DNA of 64,000 bases from NCBI GenBank assembly GCA_964016885.1, contig OZ024763.1, forward strand, positions 27,094,001-27,158,000, written 5' to 3'. Below are positions 34,534-49,900 of the stretch, piece after piece. The notes under the pieces were generated by a model that had not been told where the DNA came from, did not search any database, and worked only from the letters and a program-made list of their open reading frames with translations. The stretch comes from Eledone cirrhosa. Its lineage: Eukaryota. The position numbers were made by a program, and so were the translations under genes. Position 1 is the stretch's first letter, and each line of letters begins with the position of its first letter.

Positions 34534-35739
<1,206 letters not shown>

Positions 35740-35760
35740 TATATATATAAATATATATAA

Positions 35761-36172
35761 ATAAATATACACGGGTGTGTATGATTGTGTATAGAAGATT
35801 ATATTAATAAAAGGAATTCCAGCTCTGTCTGATTTACTCGTTTTATTTACAATCCTTTAAAATTATAATGATATTATAATGAAATAGTATGGTAGAATGT
35901 TAAATGAACAAGTACTTTCATGCTTTCGCAATCTTCAGGTTCATATTCAGTGGTGACAGTCAAGTTTGCAATTTTCCACAGTTGAAAATTGCAAACTTGA
36001 CTGTCACCACTGAATATGAACCTGAAGATTGCGAAAGCATGAAAGTACTTGTTCAATTAACATTTAACATTTAATATTCTACCATTCTATCATTATAATA
36101 TCATTATAATTTTAAAGGATTGTAAATAAAACGAGTAAATCAGACAAAGTTGGAATTCCTTTTATTAATATA
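35761..36172. mobile_element. Hairpin element family C, copy 2 (centre 35980; hammerheads at 36017-36055 + and 35905-35943 -)
   Basis: Homologous to 26784-27212, with the same leader and the same fold-back point. Confidence 0.9.
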
Positions 36173-36415
36173 TATGTGTGTGTGTGTTTGTGTGTGTGTG
36201 TGTGCGTGCGTGTGTATGTGTGTGAGTATATGTGTTTGTGTATGTCATTGAATTTCTGTTTGTAACGTATTTTTCCAAAGCTATTGGTGTCCTTGACTTT
36301 TTCCCCCTATATTCTCAACACTTCTACAGCACCTCATAACATCTTTAGACAGTTTATGCGTCAGTAGCGCTTCTGGTACTATTGAGCTACTAATATCTGT
36401 GTTCTTGACTCTCTT

Positions 36416-37697
36416 TGGATCAATTCTAAACACTAACATCTCTGGTATCATGTGTCTTTGGCTGTCTTTGGATATATTCTAAACACTAACATCTCTGGTA
36501 TCCGTGTCTTTGGCTGTCTTTGGATCAATTCTAAACACTAACATCTCTGGTATCCGTGTCTTTGGCTGTCTTTGGATCAATTCTAAACACTAACATCTCT
36601 GGTATCCGTGTCTTTGGCTGTCTTTGGATCAATTCTAAACACTAACATCTCTGGTATCCGTGTCTTTGGCTGTCTTTGGATCAATTCTAAACACTAACAT
36701 CTCTGGTATCCGTGTCTTTGACTGTCTTTGGATCAATTCTAAACACTAACATCTCTGATATCCGTGTCTTTGGCTGTCTTTGGATCAATTCTAAACACTG
36801 ACATCTCTGGTATCCGTGTCTTTGGCTGTCTTTGGACTAATTCTAAACACTGACATCTCTGGTATCCGTGTCTTTGGCTGTATTTGGATCAATTCTAAAC
36901 ACTAACATCTCTGGTATCCGTGTCTTTGGCTGTCTTTGGATCAATTCTAAACACTAACATCTCTGGTATCCGTGTCTTTGGCTATCTTTGGATCAATTCT
37001 AAACACTGACATCTCTGGTATCCGTGTCTTTGGCTGTCTTTGGATCAATTCTAAACACTAACATCTCTGGTATCCGTGTCTTTGTCTGTCTTTGGATCAA
37101 TTCTAAACACTAACATCTCTGGTATCCGTGTCTTTGGCTGTCTTTGGATCAATTCTAAACACTAACATCTCTAGTATCCGTGTCTTTGGCTGTCTTTGGA
37201 TCAATTGTAAACACTAACATCTCTGGTATCCGTGTTTTTGGCTGTCTTTGGATCAATTCTAAACACTAACATCTCTGGTATCCGTGTCTTTGGCTGTCTT
37301 TGGATCAATTCTAAACACTGACATCTCTGGTATCCGTGTCTTTGGCTGTCTTTGGATCAATTCTAAACACTAACATCTCTGGTATCCGTGTCTTTGGCTG
37401 TCTTTGGATCAATTCTAAACACTAACATCTCTGGTATCCGTGTCTTTGGCTGTCTTTGGATCAATTCTAAACACTAACATCTCTGGTATCCGTGTCTTTG
37501 GCTGTCTTTGGACTAATTCTAAACACTGACATCTCTGGTATCCGTGTCTTTGGCTGTCTTTGGATCAATTCTAAACACTGACATCTCTGGTATCCGTGTC
37601 TTTGGCTATCTTTGGATCAATTCTAAACACTAACATCTCTGGTATCCGTGTCTTTGGCTGTCTTTGGACTAATTCTAAACACTAACATCTCTGGTAG
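36416..37697. repeat. 52-bp tandem satellite, ~24-25 copies
   Basis: Unit tggatcaattctaaacactaacatctctggtatccgtgtctttggctgtctt; period 52 read from 36522 to 36574. Confidence 0.95.
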
Positions 37698-37929
37698 TCT
37701 ATGTTCTTGACTCATTTTGTAACACCTCTACAACGCTAACATCTCTGGTACGGCATGGTTAGACGAGTTATCCTGTCGTGAGTAAGGTTAGGTCAGGTGG
37801 CCATGTCATGCTCATACAGAACTGATTTGGGCTTCGCTTCTACTCCCTATCGCCAACCTTATAAACAGTGACTCCTGGGTAGCATGTGTCCTTGATTCTG
37901 TTTGCAGCACCTCTACAACGCTACTTAGA

Positions 37930-40900
37930 TCGTTGGTAGTATGTATTTGCCATCGCTTCTGGTACTACTGGGCTACAAACATGGGCCCTTGCTTCTCTTT
38001 GTAACACTCCTACAAATGCTGTTAGCATCGTTGGTAGTTTGTGTTGTAATGGTTCTGGTAGTACTGTGCTACAAACGTGGGCCCTTGCTTCTCTTTGTAA
38101 CACTCCTACAAATGCTGTTAGCATCGTTGGTAGTTTGTGTTGTAATGGTTCTGGTACTACTGTGCTACAAACGTGGGCCCTTGCTTCTCTTTGTAACACT
38201 TCTACAAATGCGGTTAACATCGTTGGTAGTTTGTGTTGTAATGGTTCTGGTACTACTGTGCTACAAACGTGGGCCCTTGCTACTCTTTGTAACACTTCTA
38301 CAAATGCGGTTAACATCGTTGGTAGTTTGTGTTGTAATGGTTCTGGTACTACTGTGCTACAAACGTGGGCCCTTGCTTCTCTTTGTAACACTTCTACAAA
38401 TGCTGTTAGCATCGTTGGTAGTTTGTGTTGTAATGGTTCTGGTACTACTGTGCTACAAACGTGGGCCCTTGCTTCTCTTTGTAACACTTCTACAAATGCT
38501 GTTAGCATCGTTGGTAGTTTGTGTTGTAATGGTTCTGGTACTACTGTGCTACAAACGTGGGCCCTTGCTTCTCTTTGTAACACTTCTACAAATGCGGTTA
38601 ACATCGTTGGTAGTTTGTGTTGTAATGGTTCTGGTACTACTGTGCTACAAACGTGGGCCCTTGCTTCTCTTTGTAACACTTCTACAAATGCGGTTAACAT
38701 CGTTGGTAGTTTGTGTTGTAATGGTTCTGGTACTACTGTGCTACAAACGTGGGCCCTTGCTTCTCTTTGTAACACTTCTACAAATGCGGTTAACATCGTT
38801 GGTAGTTTGTGTTGTAATGGTTCTGGTACTACTGTGCTACAAACGTGGGCCCTTGCTTCTCTTTGTAACACTCCTACAAATGCTGATAGCATCGTTGGTA
38901 GTTTGTGTTGTAATGGTTCTGGTACTACTGTGCTACAAACGTGGGCCCTTGCTTCTCTTTGTAACACTCCTACAAATGCTGTTAGCATCGTTGGTAGTTT
39001 GTGTTGTAATGGTTCTGGTACTACTGTGCTACAAACGTGGGCCCTTGCTTCTCTTTGTAACACTTCTACAAATGCTGTTAGCATCGTTGGTAGTTTGTGT
39101 TGTAATGGTTCTGGTACTACTGTGCTACAAACGTGGGCCCTTGCTTCTCTTTGTAACACTCCTACAAATGCTGTTAGCATCGTTGGTAGTTTGTGTTGTA
39201 ATGGTTCTGGTACTACTGTGCTACAAACCTGGGCCCTTGCTTCTCTTTGTAACACTCCTACAAATGCTGTTAGCATCGTTGGTAGTTTGTGTTGTAATGG
39301 TTCTGGTACTACTGTGCTACAAACGTGGGCCCTTGCTTCTCTTTGTAACACTTCTACAAATGCGGTTAGCATCGTTGGTAGTTTGTGTTGTAATGGTTCT
39401 GGTACTACTGTGCTACAAACGTGGGCCCTTGCTTCTCTTTGTAACACTCCTACAAATGCTGTTAACATCGTTGGTAGTTTGTGTTGTAATGGTTCTGGTA
39501 CTACTGTGCTACAAACGTGGGCCCTTGCTTCTCTTTGTAACACTTCTATAAATGCGGTTAACATCGTTGGTAGTTTGTGTTGTAATGGTTCTGGTACTAC
39601 TGTGCTACAAACGTGGGCCCTTGCTTCTCTTTGTAACACTTCTACAAATGCTGTTAGCATCGTTGGTAGTTTGTGTTGTAATGGTTCTGGTACTACTGTG
39701 CTACAAACGTGGGCCCTTGCTTCTCTTTGTAACACTCCTACAAATGCTGTTAGCAACGTTGGTAGTTTGTGTTGTAATGGTTCTGGTACTACTGTGCTAC
39801 AAACGTGGGCCCTTGCGTCTCTTTGTAACACTTCTACAAATGCTGTTAGCAACGTTGGTAGTTTGTGTTGTAATGGTTCTGGTACTACTGTGCTACAAAC
39901 GTGGGCCCTTGCGTCTCTTTGTAACACTTCTACAAATGCTGTTAGCAACGTTGGTAGTTTGTGTTGTAATGGTTCTGGTACTACTGTGCTACAAACGTGG
40001 GCCCTTGCTTCTCTTTGTAACACTTCTACAAATGCTGTTAGCATCGTTGGTAGTTTGTGTTGTAATGGTTCTGGTACTACTGTGCTACAAACGTGGGCCC
40101 TTGCTTCTCTTTGTAACACTCCTACAAATGCTGTTAGCAACGTTGGTAGTTTGTGTTGTAATGGTTCTGGTACTACTGTGCTACAAACGTGGGCCCTTGC
40201 GTCTCTTTGTAACACTTCTACAAATGCTGTTAGCAACGTTGGTAGTTTGTGTTGTAAGGTTCTGGTACTACTGTGCTACAAACGTGGGCCCTTGCGTCTC
40301 TTTGTAACACTTCTACAAATGCTGTTAGCAACGTTGATAGTTTGTGTTGTAATGGTTCTGGTACTACTGTGCTACAAACGTGGGCCCTTGCTTCTCTTTG
40401 TAACACTCCTACAAATGCTGTTAGCATCGTTGGTAGTTTGTGTTGTAATGGTTCTGGTACTACTGTGCTACAAACGTGGGCCCTTGCTTCTCTTTGTAAC
40501 ACTTCTACAAATGCTGTTAGCACGTTGGTAGTTTGTGTTGTAATGGTTCTGGTACTACTGTGCTACAAACGTGGGCCCTTGCTTCTCTTTGTAACACTTC
40601 TACAAATGCTGTTAGCATCGTTGGTAGTTTGTGTTGTAATGGTTCTGGTACTACTGTGCTACAAACGTGGGCCCTTGCTTCTCTTTGTAACACTTCTATA
40701 AATGCGGTTAACATCGTTGGTAGTTTGTGTTGTAATGGTTCTGGTACTACTGTGCTACAAACGTGGGCCCTTGCTTCTCTTTGTAACACTTCTACAAATG
40801 CTGTTAGCATCGTTGGTAGTTTGTGTTGTAATGGTTCTGGTACTACTGTGCTACAAACGTGGGCCCTTGCTTCTCTTTGTAACGCTCCTACAAATGCTGT

Positions 40901-43900
40901 TAGCAACGTTGGTAGTTTGTGTTGTAATGGTTCTGGTACTACTGTGCTACAAACGTGGGCCCTTTCGTCTCTTTGTAACACTTCTACAAATGCTGTTAGC
41001 AACGTTGGTAGTTTGTGTTGTAATGGTTCTGGTACTACTGTGCTACAAACGTGGGCTCTTGCTTCTCTTTGTAACACTTCTATAAATGCGGTTAACATCG
41101 TTGGTAGTTTGTGTTGTAATGGTTCTGGTACTACTGTGCTACAAACGTGGGCCCTTGCTTCTCTTTGTAACACTCCTACAAATGCTGTTAACATCGTTGG
41201 TAGTTTGTGTTGTAATGGTTCTGGTACTACTGTGCTACAAACGTGGGCCCTTGCTTCTCTTTGTAACACTTCTACAAATGCGGTTAACATCGTTGGTAGT
41301 TTGTGTTGTAATGGTTCTGGTACTACTGTGCTACAAACGTGGGCCCTTGCTTCTCTTTGTAACACTTCTACAAATGCTGTTAGCAACGTTGGTAGTTTGT
41401 GTTGTAATGGTTCTGGTACTACTGTGCTACAAACGTGGGCCCTTGCTTCTCTTTGTAACACTCCTACAAATGCGGTTAACATCGTTGGTAGTTTGTGTTG
41501 TAATGGTTCTGGTACTACTGTGCTACAAACGTGGGCCCTTGCTTCTCTTTGTAACACTTCTACAAATGCTGTTAGCATCGTTGGTAGTTTGTGTTGTAAT
41601 GGTTCTGGTACTACTGTGCTACAAACCTGGGCCCTTGCTTCTCTTTGTAACACTCCTACAAATGCTGTTAGCATCGTTGGTAGTTTGTGTTGTAATGGTT
41701 CTGGTACTACTGTGCTACAAACGTGGGCCCTTGCTTCTCTTTGTAACACTTCTACAAATGCGGTTAGCATCGTTGGTAGTTTGTGTTGTAATGGTTCTGG
41801 TACTACTGTGCTACAAACGTGGGCCCTTGCTTCTCTTTGTAACGCTCCTACAAATGCTGTTAGCAACGTTGGTAGTTTGTGTTGTAATGGTTCTGGTACT
41901 ACTGTGCTACAAACGTGGGCCCTTTCGTCTCTTTGTAACACTTCTACAAATGCTGTTAGCAACGTTGGTAGTTTGTGTTGTAATGGTTCTGGTACTACTG
42001 TGCTACAAACGTGGGCTCTTGCTTCTCTTTGTAACACTTCTATAAATGCGGTTAACATCGTTGGTAGTTTGTGTTGTAATGGTTCTGGTACTACTGTGCT
42101 ACAAACGTGGGCCCTTGCTTCTCTTTGTAACACTCCTACAAATGCTGTTAACATCGTTGGTAGTTTGTGTTGTAATGGTTCTGGTACTACTGTGCTACAA
42201 ACGTGGGCCCTTGCTTCTCTTTGTAACACTTCTACAAATGCGGTTAACATCGTTGGTAGTTTGTGTTGTAATGGTTCTGGTACTACTGTGCTACAAACGT
42301 GGGCCCTTGCTTCTCTTTGTAACACTTCTACAAATGCTGTTAGCAACGTTGGTAGTTTGTGTTGTAATGGTTCTGGTACTACTGTGCTACAAACGTGGGC
42401 CCTTGCTTCTCTTTGTAACACTCCTACAAATGCGGTTAACATCGTTGGTAGTTTGTGTTGTAATGGTTCTGGTACTACTGTGCTACAAACGTGGGCCCTT
42501 GCTTCTCTTTGTAACACTTCTACAAATGCTGTTAGCATCGTTGGTAGTTTGTGTTGTAATGGTTCTGGTACTACTGTGCTACAAACCTGGGCCCTTGCTT
42601 CTCTTTGTAACACTCCTACAAATGCTGTTAGCATCGTTGGTAGTTTGTGTTGTAATGGTTCTGGTACTACTGTGCTACAAACGTGGGCCCTTGCTTCTCT
42701 TTGTAACACTTCTACAAATGCGGTTAGCATCGTTGGTAGTTTGTGTTGTAATGGTTCTGGTACTACTGTGCTACAAACGTGGGCCCTTGCTTCTCTTTGT
42801 AACACTCCTACAAATGCTGTTAACATCGTTGGTAGTTTGTGTTGTAATGGTTCTGGTACTACTGTGCTACAAACGTGGGCCCTTGCTTCTCTTTGTAACA
42901 CTTCTATAAATGCGGTTAACATCGTTGGTAGTTTGTGTTGTAATGGTTCTGGTACTACTGTGCTACAAACGTGGGCCCTTGCTTCTCTTTGTAACACTTC
43001 TACAAATGCTGTTAGCATCGTTGGTAGTTTGTGTTGTAATGGTTCTGGTACTACTGTGCTACAAACGTGGGCCCTTGCTTCTCTTTGTAACACTCCTACA
43101 AATGCTGTTAGCAACGTTGGTAGTTTGTGTTGTAATGGTTCTGGTACTACTGTGCTACAAACGTGGGCCCTTGCGTCTCTTTGTAACACTTCTACAAATG
43201 CTGTTAGCAACGTTGGTAGTTTGTGTTGTAATGGTTCTGGTACTACTGTGCTACAAACGTGGGCCCTTGCGTCTCTTTGTAACACTTCTACAAATGCTGT
43301 TAGCAACGTTGGTAGTTTGTGTTGTAATGGTTCTGGTACTACTGTGCTACAAACGTGGGCCCTTGCTTCTCTTTGTAACACTTCTACAAATGCTGTTAGC
43401 ATCGTTGGTAGTTTGTGTTGTAATGGTTCTGGTACTACTGTGCTACAAACGTGGGCCCTTGCTTCTCTTTGTAACACTCCTACAAATGCTGTTAGCAACG
43501 TTGGTAGTTTGTGTTGTAATGGTTCTGGTACTACTGTGCTACAAACGTGGGCCCTTGCGTCTCTTTGTAACACTTCTACAAATGCTGTTAGCAACGTTGG
43601 TAGTTTGTGTTGTAAGGTTCTGGTACTACTGTGCTACAAACGTGGGCCCTTGCGTCTCTTTGTAACACTTCTACAAATGCTGTTAGCAACGTTGATAGTT
43701 TGTGTTGTAATGGTTCTGGTACTACTGTGCTACAAACGTGGGCCCTTGCTTCTCTTTGTAACACTCCTACAAATGCTGTTAGCATCGTTGGTAGTTTGTG
43801 TTGTAATGGTTCTGGTACTACTGTGCTACAAACGTGGGCCCTTGCTTCTCTTTGTAACACTTCTACAAATGCTGTTAGCACGTTGGTAGTTTGTGTTGTA

Positions 43901-46900
43901 ATGGTTCTGGTACTACTGTGCTACAAACGTGGGCCCTTGCTTCTCTTTGTAACACTTCTACAAATGCTGTTAGCATCGTTGGTAGTTTGTGTTGTAATGG
44001 TTCTGGTACTACTGTGCTACAAACGTGGGCCCTTGCTTCTCTTTGTAACACTTCTATAAATGCGGTTAACATCGTTGGTAGTTTGTGTTGTAATGGTTCT
44101 GGTACTACTGTGCTACAAACGTGGGCCCTTGCTTCTCTTTGTAACACTTCTACAAATGCTGTTAGCATCGTTGGTAGTTTGTGTTGTAATGGTTCTGGTA
44201 CTACTGTGCTACAAACGTGGGCCCTTGCTTCTCTTTGTAACGCTCCTACAAATGCTGTTAGCAACGTTGGTAGTTTGTGTTGTAATGGTTCTGGTACTAC
44301 TGTGCTACAAACGTGGGCCCTTTCGTCTCTTTGTAACACTTCTACAAATGCTGTTAGCAACGTTGGTAGTTTGTGTTGTAATGGTTCTGGTACTACTGTG
44401 CTACAAACGTGGGCTCTTGCTTCTCTTTGTAACACTTCTATAAATGCGGTTAACATCGTTGGTAGTTTGTGTTGTAATGGTTCTGGTACTACTGTGCTAC
44501 AAACGTGGGCCCTTGCTTCTCTTTGTAACACTCCTACAAATGCTGTTAACATCGTTGGTAGTTTGTGTTGTAATGGTTCTGGTACTACTGTGCTACAAAC
44601 GTGGGCCCTTGCTTCTCTTTGTAACACTTCTACAAATGCGGTTAACATCGTTGGTAGTTTGTGTTGTAATGGTTCTGGTACTACTGTGCTACAAACGTGG
44701 GCCCTTGCTTCTCTTTGTAACACTTCTACAAATGCTGTTAGCAACGTTGGTAGTTTGTGTTGTAATGGTTCTGGTACTACTGTGCTACAAACGTGGGCCC
44801 TTGCTTCTCTTTGTAACACTCCTACAAATGCGGTTAACATCGTTGGTAGTTTGTGTTGTAATGGTTCTGGTACTACTGTGCTACAAACGTGGGCCCTTGC
44901 TTCTCTTTGTAACACTTCTACAAATGCTGTTAGCATCGTTGGTAGTTTGTGTTGTAATGGTTCTGGTACTACTGTGCTACAAACCTGGGCCCTTGCTTCT
45001 CTTTGTAACACTCCTACAAATGCTGTTAGCATCGTTGGTAGTTTGTGTTGTAATAGTTCTGGTACTACTGTGCTACAAACGTGGGCCCTTGCTTCTCTTT
45101 GTAACACTTCTACAAATGCGGTTAGCATCGTTGGTAGTTTGTGTTGTAATGGTTCTGGTACTACTGTGCTACAAACGTGGGCCCTTGCTTCTCTTTGTAA
45201 CACTCCTACAAATGCGGTTAACATCGTTGGTAGTTTGTGTTGTAATGGTTCTGGTACTACTGTGCTACAAACGTGGGCCCTTGCTTCTCTTTGTAACACT
45301 TCTACAAATGCTGTTAGCATCGTTGGTAGTTTGTGTTGTAATGGTTCTGGTACTACTGTGCTACAAACGTGGGCCCTTGCTTCTCTTTGTAACACTCCTA
45401 CAAATGCTGTTAGCATCGTTGGTAGTTTGTGTTGTAATGGTTCTGGTACTACTGTGCTACAAACGTGGGCCCTTGCTTCTCTTTGTAACACTCCTACAAA
45501 TGCTGTTAGCATCGTTGGTAGTTTGTGTTGTAATGGTTCTGGTACTACTGTGCTACAAACGTGGGCCCTTGCTTCTCTTTGTAACACTTCTACAAATGCT
45601 GTTAGCATCGTTGGTAGTTTGTGTTGTAATGGTTCTGGTACTACTGTGCTACAAACGTGGGCCCTTGCTTCTCTTTGTAACACTTCTACAAATGCGGTTA
45701 GCATCGTTGGTAGTTTGTGTTGTAATGGTTCTGGTACTACTGTGCTACAAACGTGGGCCCTTGCTTCTCTTTGTAACACTCCTACAAATGCTGTTAGCAT
45801 CGTTGGTAGTTTGTGTTGTAATGGTTCTGGTACTACTGTGCTACAAACGTGGGCCCTTGCTTCTCTTTGTAACACTTCTACAAATGCTGTTAGCATCGTT
45901 GGTAGTTTGTGTTGTAATGGTTCTGGTACTACTGTGCTACAAACGTGGGCCCTTGCTTCTCTTTGTAACACTCCTACAAATGCTGTTAGCATCGTTGGTA
46001 GTTTGTGTTGTAATGGTTCTGGTACTACTGTGCTACAAACGTGGGCCCTTGCTTCTCTTTGTAACACTTCTACAAATGCTGTTAGCATCGTTGGTAGTTT
46101 GTGTTGTAATGGTTCTGGTACTACTGTGCTACAAACGTGGGCCCTTGCTTCTCTTTGTAACACTCCTACAAATGCTGTTAGCATCGTTGGTAGTTTGTGT
46201 TGTAATGGTTCTGGTACTACTGTGCTACAAACGTGGGCCCTTGCTTCTCTTTGTAACACTTCTACAAATGCTGTTAGCATCGTTGGTAGTTTGTGTTGTA
46301 ATGGTTCTGGTACTACTGTGCTACAAACGTGGGCCCTTGCTTCTCTTTGTAACACTTCTACAAATGCGGTTAACATCGTTGGTAGTTTTTGTTGTAATGG
46401 TTCTGGTACTACTGTGCTACAAACGTGGGCCCTTGCTTCTCTTTGTAACACTTCTACAAATGCGGTTAACATCGTTGGTAGTTTGTGTTGTAATGGTTCT
46501 GGTACTACTGTGCTACAAACATGGGCCCTTGCTTCTCTTTGTAACACTTCTACAAATGCTGTTAGCATCGTTGGTAGTTTGTGTTGTAATGGTTCTGGTA
46601 CTACTGTGCTACAAACGTGGGCCCTTGCTTCTCTTTGTAACACTTCTACAAATGCGGTTAACATCGTTGGTAGTTTGTGTTGTAATGGTTCTGGTACTAC
46701 TGTGCTACAAACGTGGGCCCTTGCTTCTCTTTGTAACACTTCTACAAATGCTGTTAGCATCGTTGGTAGTTTGTGTTGTAATGGTTCTGGTACTACTGTG
46801 CTACAAACGTGGGCCCTTGCTTCTCTTTGTAACACTTCTACAAATGCGGTTAACATCGTTGGTAGTTTGTGTTGTAATGGTTCTGGTACTACTGTGCTAC

Positions 46901-49900
46901 AAACGTGGGCCCTTGCTTCTCTTTGTAACACTTCTACAAATGCTGTTAGCATCGTTGGTAGTTTGTGTTGTAATGGTTCTGGTACTACTGTGCTACAAAC
47001 GTGGGCCCTTGCTTCTCTTTGTAACACTTCTACAAATGCGGTTAACATCGTTGGTAGTTTGTGTTGTAATGGTTCTGGTACTACTGTGCTACAAACGTGG
47101 GCCCTTGCTTCTCTTTGTAACACTTCTACAAATGCTGTTAGCATCGTTGGTAGTTTGTGTTGTAATGGTTCTGGTACTACTGTGCTACAAACGTGGGCCC
47201 TTGCTTCTCTTTGTAACACTCCTACAAATGCTGTTAGCATCGTTGGTAGTTTGTGTTGTAATGGTTCTGGTACTACTGTGCTACAAACGTGGGCCCTTGC
47301 TTCTCTTTGTAACACTTCTACAAATGCTGTTAGCATCGTTGGTAGTTTGTGTTGTAATGGTTCTGGTACTACTGTGCTACAAACGTGGGCCCTTGCTTCT
47401 CTTTGTAACACTCCTACAAATGCTGTTAGCATCGTTGGTAGTTTGTGTTGTAATGGTTCTGGTACTACTGTGCTACAAACGTGGGCCCTTGCTTCTCTTT
47501 GTAACACTCCTACAAATGCTGTTAGCATCGTTGGTAGTTTGTGTTGTAATGGTTCTGGTACTACTGTGCTACAAACGTGGGCCCTTGCTTCTCTTTGTAA
47601 CCCTTCTACAAATGCTGTTAGCATCGTTGGTAGTTTGTGTTGTAATGGTTCTGGTACTACTGTGCTACAAACGTGGGCCCTTGCTTCTCTTTGTAACACT
47701 CCTACAAATGCTGTTAGCATCGTTGGTAGTTTGTGTTGTAATGGTTCTGGTACTACTGTGCTACAAACGTGGGCCCTTGCTTCTCTTTGTAACACTTCTA
47801 CAAATGCTGTTAGCATCGTTGGTAGTTTGTGTTGTAATGGTTCTGGTACTACTGTGCTACAAACGTGGGCCCTTGCTTCTCTTTGTAACACTCCTACAAA
47901 TGCTGTTAGCATCGTTGGTAGTTTGTGTTGTAATGGTTCTGGTACTACTGTGCTACAAACGTGGACCCTTGCTTCTCTTTGTAACACTCCTACAAATGCT
48001 GTTAGCATCGTTAGTAGTTTGTGTTGTAATGGTTCTGGTACTACTGTGCTACAAACGTGGGCCCTTGCTTCTCTTTGTAACACTCCTACAAATGCTGTTA
48101 GCATCGTTGGTAGTTTGTGTTGTAATGGTTCTGGTACTACTGTGCTACAAACGTGGGCCCTTGCTTCTCTTTGTAACACTTCTACAAATGCGGTTAACAT
48201 CGTTGGTAGTTTGTGTTGTAATGGTTCTGGTACTACTGTGCTACAAACATGGGCCCTTGCTTCTCTTTGTAACACTCCTACAAATGCTGTTAGCATCGTT
48301 GGTAGTTTGTGTTGTAATGGTTCTGGTACTACTGTGCTACAAACGTGGGCCCTTGCTTCTCTTTGTAACACTTCTACAAATGCTGTTAGCAACGTTGGTA
48401 GTTTGTGTTGTAATGGTTCTGGTACTACTGTGCTACAAACGTGGGCCCTTGCTTCTCTTTGTAACACTTCTACAAATGCCGTTAGCATCGTTGGTAGTTT
48501 GTGTTGTAATGGTTCTGGTACTACTGTGCTACAAACGTGGGCCCTTGCTTCTCTTTGTAACACTTCTACAAATGCGGTTAGCATCGTTGGCAGTTTGTGT
48601 TGTAATGGTTCTGGTACTACTGTGCTACAAACGTGGGCCCTTGCTTCTCTTTGTAACACTCCTACAAATGCTGTTAGCATCGTTGGTAGTTTGTGTTGTA
48701 ATGGTTCTGGTACTACTGTGCTACAAACGTGGGCCCTTGCTTCTCTTTGTAACACTTCTACAAATGCTGTTAGCATCGTTGGTAGTTTGTGTTGTAATGG
48801 TTCTGGTACTACTGTGCTACAAACATGGGCCCTTGCTTCTCTTTGTAACACTCCTACAAATGCTGTTAGCATCGTTGGTAGTTTGTGTTGTAATGGTTCT
48901 GGTACTACTGTGCTACAAACGTGGGCCCTTGCTTCTCTTTGTAACACTTCTACAAATGATGTTAGCATCGTTGGTAGTTTGTGTTGTAATGGTTCTGGTA
49001 CTACTGTGCTACAAACGTGGGCCCTTGCTTCTCTTTGTAACACTCCTACAAATGCTGTTAGCATCGTTGGTAGTTTGTGTTGTAATGGTTCTGGTACTAC
49101 TCTGCTACAAACGTGGGCCCTTGCTTCTCTTTGTAACACTCCTACAAATGCTGTTAGCATCGTTGGTAGTTTGTGTTGTAATGGTTCTGGTACTACTGTG
49201 CTACAAACGTGGGCCCTTGCTTCTCTTTGTAACACTCCTACAAATGCTGTTAGCATCGTTGGTAGTTTGTGTTGTAATGGTTCTGGTACTACTGTGCTAC
49301 AAACGTGGGCCCTTGCTTCTCTTTGTAACACTTCTACAAATGCTGTTAGCAACGTTGGTAGTTTGTGTTGTAATGGTTCTGGTACTACTGTGCTACAAAC
49401 GTGGGCCCTTGCTTCTCTTTGTAACACTTCTACAAATGCTGTTAGCACGTTGGTAGTTTGTGTTGTAATGGTTCTGGTACTACTGTGCTACAAACGTGGG
49501 CCCTTGCGTCTCTTTGTAACACTTCTACAAATGGTGTTAGCAACGTTGGTAGTTTGTGTTGTAATGGTTCTGGTACTACTGTGCTACAAACGTGGGCCCT
49601 TGCTTCTCTTTGTAACACTTCTACAAATGCTGTTAGCACGTTGGTAGTTTGTGTTGTAATGGTTCTGGTACTACTGTGCTACAAACGTGGGCCCTTGCTT
49701 CACTATGTAACACTCCTACAAATGCTGTTAGCATCGTTGGTAGTTTGTGTTGTTATGGTTCTGGTACTACTGTTCTACAAACGTGGGCCCTTGCTTCTCT
49801 TTGTAACACTTCTACAAATGCTGTTAGCAACGTTGGTAGTTTGTGTTGTAATGGTTCTGGTACTACTGTGCTACAAACGTGGGCCCTTGCTTCTCTTTGT

